Origin: Tubiluchus corallicola
Taxonomy: Eukaryota > Animalia > Priapulida
Length of the DNA: 64,000 bases
Assembly (NCBI GenBank): GCA_030141605.1
Contig: JAQGDQ010000195.1
Span: forward strand, 248,001-312,000
Direction of reading: 5' to 3'
Of this stretch, positions 37,701 to 52,320 are shown one piece after another. Made by a program: the position numbers and the translations under genes. Numbering within the stretch: the first letter of the stretch is position 1; every line of letters starts with the position of its first letter. Under the pieces are notes generated by a model, which had not been told where the DNA came from, did not search any database, and worked only from the letters and a program-made list of their open reading frames with translations.

Positions 37701-40700
37701 TTCTTGTCCTTAACGATAATAATAAAATAAAAAATTATTGTCAAAACACTAAATGAAAAAATCGGAAAAAATGACAACAACTCCTCAAGTTTGGTTTTGA
37801 TCCTTTTGATGCACTGTAAAAAGAAACTTGCCATTCTGCAAAAAATGCTTTTGGTCAAATAAGCCTCGCGAGCCAAGATTGTATTATTGAAAGTATTGTT
37901 AACAGAAACTACCACGTTCAGATGGTAAGAAAAAACTGTCTCAGACCCCCTAGCGGTTATGGCTTCCTTTTAAAAAATGCCATCACTGAAAGAGGATGGG
38001 TGACTAGCATATCACTCGGCCGCTATTCTTTCTCCAGCGCATGACCAGGTATTCCATTACGGTGGAGTATCCCAGGCCTTGGGAAGGTGTCCAGAAAGTC
38101 CTGTTCGATTGGTAAATGGCTACAAAATTCCAGAAACAAACGGAAGAGTGGGAAATTTGCTGGATTTTAGATGTAAAAAACAGTAGCAGGAAATGCCAAC
38201 CGTTTTGACAAGGATTTTGGCAATGCTTTTGACAGCAATATTATGGTGAGCAAACTTTACAATACATTCTAATTGCATTTCACGATGTGCAGTTAAAGGC
38301 ACGAATGCAGTCAAACCCATGGGACTGCAAAAAAGTTGGCATCGGACGGGTTTGGCATTATAAAGGGGGGGCATTATAACGAGGTTTGACTGTATCTTAC
38401 CTATTTTCACACAGAACTTTCTGTTACTTGTGACTCACCGGATCTTGTAGGATGACCACTTGGACGGTTGCTTTGCCGGGCGTGTCCAGACTTATTAGCG
38501 GAGTAAGGATGGTGTGACCAGATTCTTTCACTGCAGCTTCTATTTCAACGAGCTCAGACGCTGGACAGGAGAACGCAATTCTTCCAAAAGCCTTTGCATG
38601 GTCAACCGACTTCCCAATGTCCCGCAACGCCAGACGAAACTAAACACGACATTAAAAAGCTGGTTTATTTTAAACAGGGCAAAAAACTTACATCATTAAT
38701 GAAAAAAAAATTGTTGCACCAGTGATGAAAACAATGAAGTAAAAAAATAATAAATGACACGCACTGCACAAACAATAGCAAAGACAATGAAAAAAATCAT
38801 TGACGCTACAACAATGACAAATTGGTGATTATGATTACTTTCCACATTTGCTCCATGTGAGCTAAAATGTGCTTCTAAGGAACAAGCAAGTTTACGTGTC
38901 TAAAGCTAGGACTCGGTGTGCATGTAATGCGTAATGCGTGGTCTGTGATCCATAATGCGTGATGCGTATTGACTGTTTCCATGTGTCCGTAAACGCTGTG
39001 CATATTAACAAAGCTCATGGCGTTATTTTCGCCATTTTTGGTAGCTGTTCGTGAAAATTGCAAGCAATGATTTTGGGAACCATGTCTCTGTCGAAATTTA
39101 AGCGTGTTAATTACAGCTGCGGCATTAGCGTATTATTGTACTATTAGACGGAGGTTTTAGGTGCACAACATTTTGCAGGGAAGAGAAAAATACGACAAGC
39201 ATCATCATTTAGTGAAAAAACTGCAGTCGTATGCACAACACATAACTATGTGCTTCTTTCACTTCTCAAAAACTCAAATAGAGAAATTATTATTGTTTGT
39301 AGGTCCTAAAGTGACCAAAACTCACCTAACTAGAATTTTCAGAAAGCTAAACAGCAAAAATGGTCAATGGAAACTTGAAAACTTGCTAGAATCACTTAGA
39401 CAATGGCGATTTCCCGTCTGCGTATTACTGCGTGATATGTATTCAGACGATAGCATTCACATTCGAATGAATGCAGATCACGCATTACAGATTACATACA
39501 CAAGGAAACACTTCTACATATTTAAATACAAACTGTTGTGTACGTGTTACGGATCACGTATTACGTGCACATGGAGTCGTAGATTTAGTAAAAAAGCAAG
39601 TTTGAATTAAATCCTAAAACACAAACATTTACCAAATAAGAAAGATGTCTTACTAAATAAGAAAGAACAGCAACACAGATACAAAAAAAAATCCAACATC
39701 ATGATTATAATCAGAAAATAGTAAAAAAATGGTCAGGTGAGGTATAGTCGACGGATTAAATGGCCGAGATGATCAGTATGATGATGATAACGGCACAGCA
39801 GCAAAAAAACAAAGATGAACCATTTTGCTGGCACAGCACCTTCTTTGTCATTTAATGGTTTGTGGGCAGAGTGATTTTTTTCGTCATTTTATTTGTGTGC
39901 TCGACAGGGCTATGATAAAACTGTTCCCGTACACGGATCTTCTGCACAGGCTTTGCTAACAGATTCTATATGTCTCACAGACTTTGTCTATTGACTTAAT
40001 TAGTTATACAAGAGCATGTAAATATTCCATTAGAAACAACATGTCATAATGTTTGTTTTGAGGTAGTAATTACGGTGGTATGTAAGAAAGTAGCAATAAA
40101 GTACAGTGAGATTGTACAAATTGTACACAGTAACAGATTCTGCTGAAAGCGATACAAATTTGAGTGATTACAAGTACCGATGTGACACTACCGATGTAGT
40201 AATGTTAATGTTGGATCAGTCTGGTACAGTAGTTAACACCGATAGCAAGTCAGTCTGTACTTTAATGATAATAACAGTGAATGTGACATTGCAGTAGCTG
40301 GAACTAGTGCAAGTGTTAGTTCTAGAAGAATCTAATGGATAGGTAAGTGGTAGTAAACATGTTTTTATTTTTTTATAGATCTTTAAACGTGATTTTGTAA
40401 CATTACACATTTTCGAAACTTCCATTCACCGGTTTTTTGAATGCAGAAATTTGCCAGCGAAAGGGTTAATAACAAAGCTCATCAGTAACACGATGAAGTA
40501 TGTTGGAAACAACAATAATTAAGGTTCGCACAAAGACTGTTTACCACCAACTACAAGAGCAGACTAGCGCATAGTTAACTCAATTACTACTAAATAAGTG
40601 TACATTCCAAGCGAAATACAAACGTACACTGTCGTTATATGCTAGTTCCACATATCCGTCAGACTGCTGTACAATTTTCATTCGGAGTAATTTTGACCAA

Positions 40701-43700
40701 TAATCTGAAACATAAACATAACAATAAAATGTACTTTAAACAGACATAGTTACATAACAAGACAACCATTTACTTACAAGTTAAAAAGTTTGTGTAGAAA
40801 ATCGCATCACATACATGCTGGCCCTTTGCACACAGAGCTTTCATTAGCAGCAAAGCTGTATAAATGTTAACAATTTAAACTCCGGCAGAGACAGTTAGAT
40901 GCAGCCACTTTAACAGCCAGTCTTTGATTAAAGCAAGTAAAAACAACATTTTTACTCCAATAGCCATTTCACCACGAGTCTAGCCAAAATAAATCTGCAT
41001 AGTGCCAGGAATTAGAACTTTACACATAAACAAAAATGCCATATAACATTATGGTACTTACTTATAGAGGTAGTAATGTTGGAAACATTTAATTCTACTT
41101 TGTACACTGGATCTGAAACAAAAAAAATCATCAGAAAACCACGGTAAAATTATTAAAGTCAATTGTGTAAGAATGTGAGATATCTTTTTCCCAGCTTACA
41201 TAAGTATCTTTCCTCTTTTCCTATAGCTATCACTGCATTTGCTCTAAAACTCATTTACGCCATATTCAATAAAACAAAGAAACCTATTTTTGTTTTCAGA
41301 AACTCTCGAAAAAACCAAAAGACCATGCTCTAGAAACTAATCAAAATTCTTCAAAAGGTGCTTCTGAGGCACAAGCTGAAAGGTCAAGTGGTCGTGGTGC
41401 ATGTTATTGACCAATTTCGAAGTTAAGCAACACTGAAGTTGGTCACGAAGTGGCTTGCAGTCGCTGGGAACTGAATGCTCGCTGAAGGCGGTTTCATTCT
41501 TGATAGGGATTTCGGTTGCTGACTCTTTTGAGAAGGATATAGATAATCAAAACAAGAAGAAAAGAGACATCTGCTGGTTCAGTGGCTCATCCTAGGCAGT
41601 AAGTTTGCAACAAATATCATCAGGAACTGCAATGTGTAGGTCCTGGTGCTGAATGTTGAATTAAGAATTCTGGCTTGATGTGATCGAAATGTGTCAAAAA
41701 GACAGACTTGCCTCTTGCGTCCTGTGGTTCCTTTTTTGACACGTAAAACTTGTACCCCCCTGGAGCTTCCAGGACATGATGAGGTCCCTCAATGCTTATT
41801 GGCCAGTTGAACTTTTCTGCATTTTCAATGGCTTGTCTTGAGTGGAGATATAGTCCCTGTAAACAAAAACATGAATAAATAAACATATAAATAAATAAAT
41901 GTGCGGCAACCTAACACTTATTTAAATTAAGGCCAAACCCTGACTATCATCTTACTCCTTCAATAAGTCACAAATGAAGTCCCAAGTCCTTGGCAGTAAA
42001 TGATAAACCAAGTTCCAAATCTTAAACAGCAACAAGTCACAAGTTAAGCACCAATTCTTTGGCGTCAAGGCCCAAGTCTTTGAATTTTGTAACTCAAGTC
42101 CAATTTTCGAGGGCCAGGCCGTTCTGCAATATAGCCCAATAAGTACTGGAATGGTCATGAATCATCATACTAGTTGGGCATTGTGCCAGACAGACCACAA
42201 ACTCTTGCATATAACATGGTATAAAAATCTCTATAATTTCAAAGCTAGAAATACATGCATAAAAAATTCAATTAAAAACTAACATGTTGAAGCTTAGTGG
42301 AAATCCAAAGCAATTTTCATGTAACATCAATGCTTTTTGGTAGTTTAAAGTTCATTTTAATTTAACCACTGTGATAAGCTTAAGTTTGCAGCTAATCTTA
42401 AGCCTAAAATACACCAAGGCATCCAGCATCTGGTGGGCAGCTTATAAATGTCCAGTAACAGCTGCCAACTTCCTGTGTCCAGCATCTAGAATCCAGTGGG
42501 TGATACAACATTTGAAACATTTAGGGCCGGATTTTGATTTTGTGAGGCTCCGGCCCCAAGTGACAATTAAAAAAGCATGAAAATTGGATTCTTCATATCA
42601 GTTTATTCAACTTCTACAGCATAATGCCAACATTAAGCCCACATAGATGGGTTCAAGTCCAACACAACAAAAAGAGAAGAGATATTCTGATATTTACAAA
42701 ATTAAAATAAGCTTTTGAATACGTACAGATTACAATAAATAAATTACTGGTATTTTGGCGTATATCAAAAAATATACTGTTACTAGTACTAATTAACGTT
42801 TCACAGTAAATTAATTTTGCTTAATTTCTGGAGGTCACTCAGCCGGCAGGTCCCCTGGGCTGCAACAAATAAAGCCCATGCCTTAATCCAGCACTAGAAG
42901 CTTTTGGGGTCCAGTCTCCATGTTTAATGAACAGTAATCGAATTTATTTTTGCAATGCTTTTTTGTTGCTTAAAATCTCATAAGAATTTGCAGCCCCAGT
43001 TGACACAGGCAGTTTGAGAAACAGACGCTGGACGCTGGACACCACATGTTCAAAAAACAGGAACAGTTTTCATTTTCTAGCATTTGGCTTCCCCAGTCTG
43101 CTGCTGAAATCTTTGATTTTATCGCTTAATGACAATATACATGTTCTGTTTCTTGCTTCCAGACACTGGATGCGGATGCCAGAGGCAGATGGTGGGTGCT
43201 TTGGGAAATCACATGCTTTAGGCACAGTGTCATATGTATGTGTGCTTACAAACCAAAACCGTCCATAAGTCGGCATATTTAAAACTACGTTATGATGCTT
43301 CAAAGTAGAATGCACCAAAATTTTGGTCTAATGTTTATTTTTTTGTTTTTTATAAAAACAAACACTAAATGTATTGGACTTTTATATTCTAGCATCAAAT
43401 TATCAGGAAAATATCCAAAAAGTACTAAAAATCTAATTTTACAACCCATTTGCCCATTTCTCTGCCTAGAAACTAGTACTGCAATATCAAAAAACTTGTA
43501 TTTTCAAATTCCAATACTAGCTCGTGGAAGCAGTCATTTTGCTTCTGTTTTTTCTGTTACGAACCCAGATCTTTGTTAGGAAGAGCCATCTACTGGATTT
43601 AAACATAACTTCAATGTGCTCTTGCAAAGTCCATAGCAATCACAGTTTCGTACGGTTGCTAAGTGCTTTGTAGCACAACTTGTATTTTCAAATTCCAATA

Positions 43701-46700
43701 CTAGCTCGTGGAAGCAGCCATTTTGCTTCTGTTTTTTCTGTTACGAACCCAGATCTTTGTTAGGAAGAGCCATCTACTGGATTTAAACATAACTTCAATG
43801 TGCTCTTGCAAAGTTCATACCAACCACAGTTTCGTACGGTTGCTAAGTGCTTTGTAGAGACGCGACAAAAAACAATGGCTGACTTTAACAGCGATTTTGT
43901 CAAGATTATGTTTTTCACTGCATAGCATGCATGCACCTCAAATTCAACGTGGATTATCTCAGCTTAGAAATAACATAGAGCGATGAACTTGGTATCAAAA
44001 TGATCCTCATGAAATGGAGATTCAGGATACGTGAATAACTAGAAAACGTTAATTGCCGACTTATGGACGATTTTGGTATGCAAGCACACATATATAAGCT
44101 GTATAGACGTCACAGAATAAGATGCTTAACAATCAAGCAGTATTAAAACACGTGACACATAAAAAAGCTCTAGGTCACACTGAAAATTAAGGGTACTTCA
44201 ATACAACAAGAACACGTAGACCAATTGAACAGCAGATTATTCAAAACTTTAAAAGAAAATTGTATCAGTGGTAAATTTAACATTACGTACTTACAGAAAA
44301 ATCGTTGCCGAGTTGATAATAACCAATGCCATAATTATATGTAAGTTCAACAACAAAGTGATTTGACTCCGCTCCGTAACCAATCATTGTTTTACTCCAC
44401 TTCCCATCGTAAGGACTAGACGAACAAAGTCAAATTCAGCATAAAATTCCGTACGTTATTCGGCAAACAATAATACTTTTTATAAACATTTTAGCACGTC
44501 AAGTGTGCAGTGGCATCTATATATAAGAAAAGATAACTATTATAAGCGGCAAACTTTTACACATTTGTTAGGCCAGGGGTGACCACACTTTTTCAGCTTG
44601 CGAGCTACTTATAAAATGACCAAATCAAAATGATCTATCAACTATAAAAGTGCAAAACATAAATTTATGAATATATTGAGTACTCTTTATATGAACAATG
44701 CAAGTTTGTGTATAAATGGCATGAACCTTTATTGCACAATACAACTCTGTACATTTTTCGGCTTCTTACTTGGTCCAGCTTCCCCATTCATTTTTATACC
44801 CTTTCTTAAGTTTAGTAAAAATAAATTACAGGCTAACTTGCTAGCTTGCTTGAATTTTGCACCAGTTGCTTGGAGCACCAAGAAGACGACTTGGCCAATC
44901 TGCTTGTCCGATAATGCAAGCCTCGAAATTGGCTGGCTGATCTTCATACAAGCCAATCAGACTGCTTCTCACATCTCTTGCACATTTGTTTCAATAGCGA
45001 CTTCCGTGATAGTTTGCTGAGTTCTGCAATTTTACATTGCTTTTTTTTGTGTTTCAAGTGAGTGATGCGAAATTTCACCATGTCTGACAGTGACATTAAT
45101 TAAAATTTCCTTAGCAAGTCTGATTTCTCCCAGCCTAGCACTGAATCTGACACAGAAACTGGTGAAAACAATCAGTAAAGTATGTAAAGTACTTACTTTA
45201 TTTTTTATATTATTTTGAAGAATAAGTGCACGCGATCTACACACAATATCTTTGTGATCGACTGGTAGATCGCGGTCGACATATTTATGTGAAATAACTA
45301 TTACCACAGAATGGTAATTTTGTGTACTCACTGCCAGCTCTTCACTGTTACGTGCATTTCACCATTCGCTAGTTAGATAAGCACTAACGCCTGCATCTCG
45401 AAAACGAATTGCACAAAAAAGAGATGCTGTAACTCTTAGTCCAGAGGTGTTAAGTTATGACATAGCGCACATGTTCAAAAGCCAATGCATGAGCACAGCA
45501 GTAAACTTTGAAATTCGAATTTTGAACTTAAAATTTGCCGAGCTTTTGCATATTACACTGAATATTGTACACTGGCACTGTGCTTCAATTTCTGCTTTCA
45601 CAAACACGTGCAACACGTTCGTAAAACATTTGTGCCATTGAAAATTATGTTCAGTTGTGATGTCATCAATAGTTGGGATTGCCTGGCTTTAAGTCACTTT
45701 TAACCTATACTTTTTACCAGAAATCCTTCGGCATTATTATGGGACTTAAAATGTGTACTTTTTCCGTACTTCAAAATGGATAGGATATGAAAAATCATCC
45801 AGTTTTCCTTTAAACATCAATGACTTACCTTTTAAACAACAATTTAGTTTCTCGTGACATAAGTGATGACAAAAATGTTTAGTTGGTATTTACGAGTGCT
45901 CAAACTTACCCGTTGCAAAACGCTTCGCATCCTTTCTCAAATTCCTCGTGTCTTAAAACCTGTAAGAAGGTAAGAAAAATACCTAGCAATCTCAAAGAGA
46001 AACGTAAAAGTTGGAGATGGATTAAATTAACTAATCTCCCGTTAATTAAATCACCTCATCATATTTATAATCAAGTTTATATCTTGTAAAGAACAGTGAC
46101 TATGCAATTTCACATAGAAGCAGAACTTTGCTGCTGAAAACTTAATTCACGAGAAAGGTTTGAAAATCAACCCAGTTTCCAGCGTTTAACAGACTTCTGG
46201 AAATATACCAGCAAACCAGTGCATTAATAAGTGTTGAAATTTGTTGATGCTTTATGAGAAAAAACATTGAATATCGATAAACACAAAATGCAAGTTTAGA
46301 TAGCTCAATTCTGGTCTCGATTTTTACAGCAGACCTACTAATTATTAATATTAAATACAGTATCAGGCAAAAGCAGAATCAAGCAGTATCTTTACGACAA
46401 ACATATGAAAGATTTGCCTTGCCGATATTTCTGTTTATACATCTAAGTAACTACTATGCCACAATTTTTAAGAAAAAACCAGCTGCTGTTGGCAACACTT
46501 GCTGCAGTTCAATAAATATCACAAACTTAATAAGAAAAGATGCAACTACGCTAAAAATTTTGGGGAAAAAATCCGACTGTTATTTTGTCTTCAGCAGTAT
46601 AACAGTTTCACTGCATCGCAAATTTAAACAAAAAGCACAAATTTTTGCTGCAAACTTGTCAGTGTGTAGTGTTTGGGGTACTCAGCAAAAATGTTCAAAA

Positions 46701-47267
46701 AGACCAGATTGGAGAGAATAAGCAGCTGAACTATACGAAAACATTTGAGAATGGTGCCTGCAATTCTTTATTCAGTTTTGCAAATACGAAATTATGGAAA
46801 TTTTATAAAAATCACAACATAAGATAGTGACTAAATCTCGGATAAACAGTGATTTTGTGACTGAAGAGGGAACGAAGCATTTGTTGCTCACTGTGATAGA
46901 ATAGGCATAAAATAATAAATTTCTCTTGAGTCTCGTTCCTGCTCCATAATCAAGAATTCGGGAAATACCAGTAACTGGTGAGTAACTCTATATTATAGGC
47001 ATTTAACAGAGACAGCCTTTTCAAAGATGTATTGTGGCGTATTTTCACACAACAGCTCCCACTGCAACAAATATAACTGACTGCTGATTTCAAATATCGT
47101 CAATAAATTCAGACAACGAGATATCAAGATTGCGTAAAACACGAAGAAATCGGTGGTATAAGATTACCATTTACCTTCATGCCCAGAACATTTTTGTAAA
47201 AATGAATAGTGCTTTTCCGGTCTGCAATTTTAAACACAAAATGTAAGGCTCGCCTTGAAACTTCCAT
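34735..47267 (-). CDS. GLOD4: glyoxalase domain-containing protein 4, 9 exons, 296 aa
   Basis: Exons 47175-47267, 45910-45959, 44295-44415, 41712-41856, 41062-41112, 40628-40704, 38439-38639, 36323-36409 and 34735-34800 (891 nt) join in frame. Motifs: RRALHFVFK, [26 protein letters not shown], [20 protein letters not shown], [34 protein letters not shown], DKSDEWF. Confidence 0.95.
35294..36120. mobile_element. pogo/Tigger-like element or MITE fragments in the last intron of GLOD4
   Basis: TA|CAGTCAAACCTCGTTATA at the left and TATAAAGAGCTTTGACTG|TA at the right; may be two separate fragments. Another right end lies at about 38290-38392. Confidence 0.55.
36640..37512. mobile_element. two inverted copies of the TTAA-ended repeat family (36640-36923 and 37231-37512)
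   Basis: Reverse-complement similarity visible by eye; TTAA termini face each other. Confidence 0.6.
38900..39588. mobile_element. non-autonomous DNA transposon with ~40-bp imperfect TIRs
   Basis: ctaaagctaggactcggtgtgcatgtaatgcgt versus reverse complement of the right end, ctaaatctacgactccatgtgcacgtaatacgt. Confidence 0.65.
43237..44092. mobile_element. MITE with ~39-bp TIRs and an internal 184-bp tandem duplication (43493-43857)
   Basis: tatgtgtgcttacaaaccaaaaccgtccataagtcggca at the left and tgccgacttatggacgattttggtatgcaagcacacata at the right. Confidence 0.75.
44575..45281 (-). mobile_element. internally deleted hAT (Charlie/Buster-like) DNA transposon
   Basis: CAGGGGTGACCA terminus, gcgagctact and gatcgactggtagatcgc subterminal motifs, and a minus-strand [12 protein letters not shown] resembling a transposase start. 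Confidence 0.55.
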
Positions 47268-50200
47268 TAAAATAAAGACAATTTGCTGTTATACGCAAAA
47301 ATTCTTCAGTGACATATATAATAATAAAAGTCTAAATAAAAAAAACTGGCATGAGGTTGCAGCAGTAACAGAAATCTCTGTTTGAGATACAAAATTGTTT
47401 GAGGTCCATACAGTATGGCAAACGACGCCTCTTTTCCGGGACACCGCCGCAAAAAATTACGTTTTCAAATCACACTAATTTGACTCACACAAAAACTGCA
47501 ATGCAAATAAATTAACTTTAAGATTTAGTGGCTCCAACCGTTTCTTAAATTTTCTTTTCATTACAATGATGATGATGATCATGATGATGGTAATGATGAT
47601 TTATGAATAATAATAGTAACTCACCTTAGCAGGTACACATCATTTTGGGTATATTTGAGGCTTTAATTTTGGAAGTCACTGTGTAAAAAGCTCAAAACTA
47701 GGTCATATCAAAAATAAACAAATGGGCAGTTTCATTGTTATCGAAAAATCATTTGTCTTGTAATTTTAAATTAAACTTGTTAACTAATCATGTCTGTAAA
47801 AAATAAATAGTGTAACATCTGTAAATTAATGTCCTAGACTTAAAAAGCTAACAAATTTCGAACTAAGATGTGAGGAATTTTTGCTTGGTCTTGTGCTGAT
47901 GCTGTAGCTGTTTGATTTCCGTTTTCTAGATAGCAGCATGGGGGTAGATGAGGCTCCTTAGCCTTGGCCGGCAGCGAAATTTTTTTTGCAACTGAGTTCC
48001 GGACAGATTATTTCCCTCATTAGCATTAATCAATCAGATTCCTCAAACAGCCATGACTAGTTGACTACACCCATGTAAACAATGTCAGGCGTTCGTCAAC
48101 CACGGGGCACAAGTTTACATAACATCGGGCACTCACTTCAGTGCACTGTTGCCTGTTAATTGAACAGGGTAGGCCATGCTGTCAGTCCTTGCGCGCGGTT
48201 GGAAAGAACGCTAGAAAATGTAGATTTATTTGGAACTAATAGAAACTAGTCCTTGGGTAATGTTGGGGTTCTCTTCTTCAGGATATACTGCACCAAACCG
48301 CAGTTCATTGCCTTTCGCAATGTTCCATGGTCCAATAAAACTAAGAGGCCACAGTATACTGTTAGTCTCAGTCTGTGGGCATACATCAGGGAAATAATAC
48401 AGTCAGATTCGCCTGATTAGACTATGGTATTAACCCTTAAATGCAGTACTGTTGTAAAGTCCCTCAGGATCGCGACTCTCAAGATGGCATTTGAAAAGTC
48501 ACAATCTCTCCTATGGGACTACAGTAAGTGTTCAAACGCTTTGCACCTCAGACTGACGTATATAGGATAGTTGATTTTGACAGAAGGCCTAGTCTACCAA
48601 CATCACCAGCTACAGCTACACCAAGCTACCCATTGTCGGCTCCACAATCACTTTCATATTGTTATCAACATTTATTCACTGCTTTTTATTAACATGGCTG
48701 CTTTTAACATCTAAACGTAAGCAGCTCTCTACCTGAACTAACTTTTCTAGGTAACTGTTCTGGCTTCCACCCACTGTACATGTACACTCTCAAGGTGTAT
48801 CTGTATGACATATCTAAAACTACATCTCCACGCAGATGTGCAAAACAAGTGAAGTTTATACGAGGAAACATATATCTTGGTTTTAACGTATTGAATATTC
48901 ATCTATGATGATTATCCATTCTGTAATTCAATCACTAACAGGGAGTTAGTTGGTACAAAGGAAAATAAAGGCTTCGGCTACCCCTATTAACTAAATTAAA
49001 CATGGATCTGCCTTCACGCAGCTTAACTAAAAGCTCAGGATAATTCTTTGTGGAAGCATCAAAAGCATGTCAACAACTTATTAATTTTTGCTGTCAGCCA
49101 GCCTATAGTGGATCTGATCAGACGTCGCTGCAGCCAATTTCAGTGTAAAATGAGGTATTTGTGGTTATGTAAACAGTAAAAGCTGTATTGTACAGAAATG
49201 CACAAGTGTGAGTTAGTATGGCAATGTGTAGAAAAAAAACATAGAAAACTACTAGCTGTCTATGCCTTGTGATGTTGATGACACTAAAGGATCCAACAAA
49301 ACAAACAGTTAATTTTTTTACAGTTGCATTTGTTGTGAGTCACGTTCAAGTCACCCTCATATATATCAACAAAAACAGGGGTACAATGTATAAACTCATC
49401 AATGTTTTCCTTTAAATTAAGAATGCTACAAGACAATAAGTTTGCAGAGATAAGAATCATACAAACTTGTCGTGAATAACATAACCTGTTTCCTGTGCAC
49501 TATCAAAAAAGTTAAAATTATCAAACTCTAAGGAAGCTTTAATAGTTTACTGATAACGGCAAACAAAAAGAATTTTGTTTCAAACCATGGTTCATAGTAA
49601 CAGGTAATAGTTCAAAAAAATACAAAATTAAGAGTAAGTGTTAAGATATATAGCAGGTTAAGCAAACACAAACAATAGGTTGACGTAACATACAAACAAA
49701 TACTATTGTTACTAATTCATCTGTTTGTTGCTACTGATACTCGTAATAAATGCGTTGCATTCCTGATTGCCAGTAAATAAGGCCCCTGTATTGTATTCAA
49801 CCATGTGTATTCTAAGGTGTTATTCACAATGCCCTCCCTTTTCTGACAAAATCACAATTTTGTGTAGATATACTAAATATAGTAGAAAAATTCCGAACAC
49901 ATATTTTAAATAACATAATGTGACCTCCAAATAACATAAAAATGTATGTTGGCAAAAATTTTCGTTAAATGCACACAGGATGACCTAAGGCCATGGACTA
50001 TGCAGAGGAAGTCGGTCACGAAGACCCAACATAATTTCGTTTAATCATTTTACGACACTTCTACCAGCATAAAATCATGAAGAAAAACAATTTAAAAGTA
50101 AGCTGTGACAGTTTTACAATTGATTCTATAAACTGTAGTGCATAAAAACCATAGGCCATAAAATTTTTACCCTTAAATGATAGGGGTCTACTAGATTATT

Positions 50201-51348
50201 TTGAAAAGTGGGCACCAAAAGAATAGTTACACTACTGTACTATGATAAACATCTTTACATTCTGTCACACATTTTTAATAGCCTGGTTGTTTGGGTTTAA
50301 AACTGAGATGCTATGATATGATCACAGATATTTAATAACAGCAAGAAATCTTCATTATTAAGCATAATTATAGTTAAACCTTGAAATAAACAACGTTACT
50401 TCAAGTGGAATACATGTTACATACAAAATTACATACTTTTTGTTCAGTGGTATGTAAATATTATACAAATGCTGATTACAACAACTGTTTGAATTTACAT
50501 ATATTATCAAGCATAAATAGTGAGAATGCTAAAAAAGCATCACTACCATATCTAAGCACCATCTGGTGGTGAATAATGTCAGTTTCTTTAATAGAAGGTT
50601 CAGAAAAACTGAAAATGGGATTAATACAATAAACTGGAATGCGCTACTTACAGGTGAAAAACGAACTTCCTTGTATCTCACTATGTAATGAGATTCATTT
50701 ATAAGCAATGATTTTACATGACTTTGTTAAACCACCGGTTCCTAAGTATTTAACCACATAAAATAAACAGAATTGCACCACGTTGAACAAACAGGAAAGA
50801 TTCTCCAACTTCCACGCTACCACCGGTAAATTACTGACTAACCACTATAAAGATCAAAAAATTGGCTAGCATATATTTCAATGAACATGATGTATACTAC
50901 CAAATTCAATATTAATATAACGTATACTACAGCACTGAAGTATCATGCGATCGACTTAGAGATAATACTTTTAAATATTTAAAAATTTACTACTGTACTA
51001 CACTTTACAACACCTGAGAAACTCGTTGCAAATAACTGATAGTTAATACAAGATGGCCAGTTTCACCTTGAAACGACTTGAAATTTAACACTGTTGCATG
51101 GGTGACTATCGTATGCGTTACTGTTTTATGGGCATTTACCTCGTTGAGGAAGAGTGTTTGTATTTCAAAATGTGAATGAGGCACCTATGCCAGACCAGGG
51201 TGTTTCAGTTTTTCTGATAGATAGTCCATGTAACAGCATCACGAAATGTTAGAAAACTTTTAATGCGCTGACATGCCACGTGAAACTCCCACAGAGGCCT
51301 TACAGGAGCCTCACAAGGACTTCCTCTAAATGCTTCACAAGCTCTTTC

Positions 51349-51598
51349 GTCAGTCAGTCAGTCAGTTAGTCAGTCAATGAATCAGTCAGTCAGTCAGTCA
51401 GTCAGTCAGTTGGTTAGTCAGTCAGTCAGTCAGTCAGTCAGTCAGTCAGTCAGTCAGTCAGTTAGTCAGTCAGTCAGTCAGTCAGTCAGTCAGTCAGTCA
51501 GTCAGTCAGTCAGTCAGTTAGTCAGTCAGTCAGTCAGTCAGTCAGTCAGCCAGTCAGTCAGTCAGTCTGTCAGTCAATCAGTCAGTCAGTCAGTCAGT
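51349..51598. repeat. (TCAG)n tetranucleotide microsatellite
   Basis: Direct reading. Confidence 0.97.
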
Positions 51599-52320
51599 AT
51601 ATGCATGCGTGCATGTGTTCAATATTAATTCATTAGTTTGTTTGTGTCCATTTTGTTCTTTCGAGTCGGTTACTTAATCAGTCCGTCAAATAGTTAGCCA
51701 GGCGCGTGAGTAATTATAGTTAGTTAGCTAATGAGTTTGTGCATAACGTTGTTTTCTTCTGCATAATTATGTTGATAAAGATTTTGCTAAGAAATGTGTA
51801 ACACCTTGGTATGCTGACAAAGTAGATTTTTCTTCTGTTTGCGGAATATAAATTTGAAGTTCATATTAAATATGTAAGTTCGATATTTAAATTCTCGAAT
51901 GGGATAATGTTGATGGAAATTCTGGTTATTTGCGAGAAATTTAATTTTATATCTGCCAAATTACAGCAGTTGGCAGCAGATTCGAATTTGGTTCTCATCT
52001 CTTTCACCATCAAAACCTGACGAAATTGAACTACTTTAAATTGTGATGTTACAAAACCTGCAATTAATTGATTTTTTAATGTTGGAAATTAGAATGCGGT
52101 TAGAATGAAAGTTGGCCCCTATTTTGGAATGTGTAAGTAAACGCCGTGGGAGACAGAGTTGAAAAAGATGTTCCTCAGTATTTCAACTGACACAAAAACT
52201 TTTGCAGAGAAATTGTAATATTCCACAACTATCTAGAGCAAAAAAATACACGTCGTTTCAGTATATCGCTGTCTGCTGTCTTTATATATACTAAATGAAA
52301 AAAAGCAACTATTTTTGAAA

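Noticed and set aside
47940-48620. Possible CAD exons or retroelement coding remnant upstream of GLOD4
   Set aside because: No CAD motif or sustained open frame; at most a highly decayed repeat I cannot classify.
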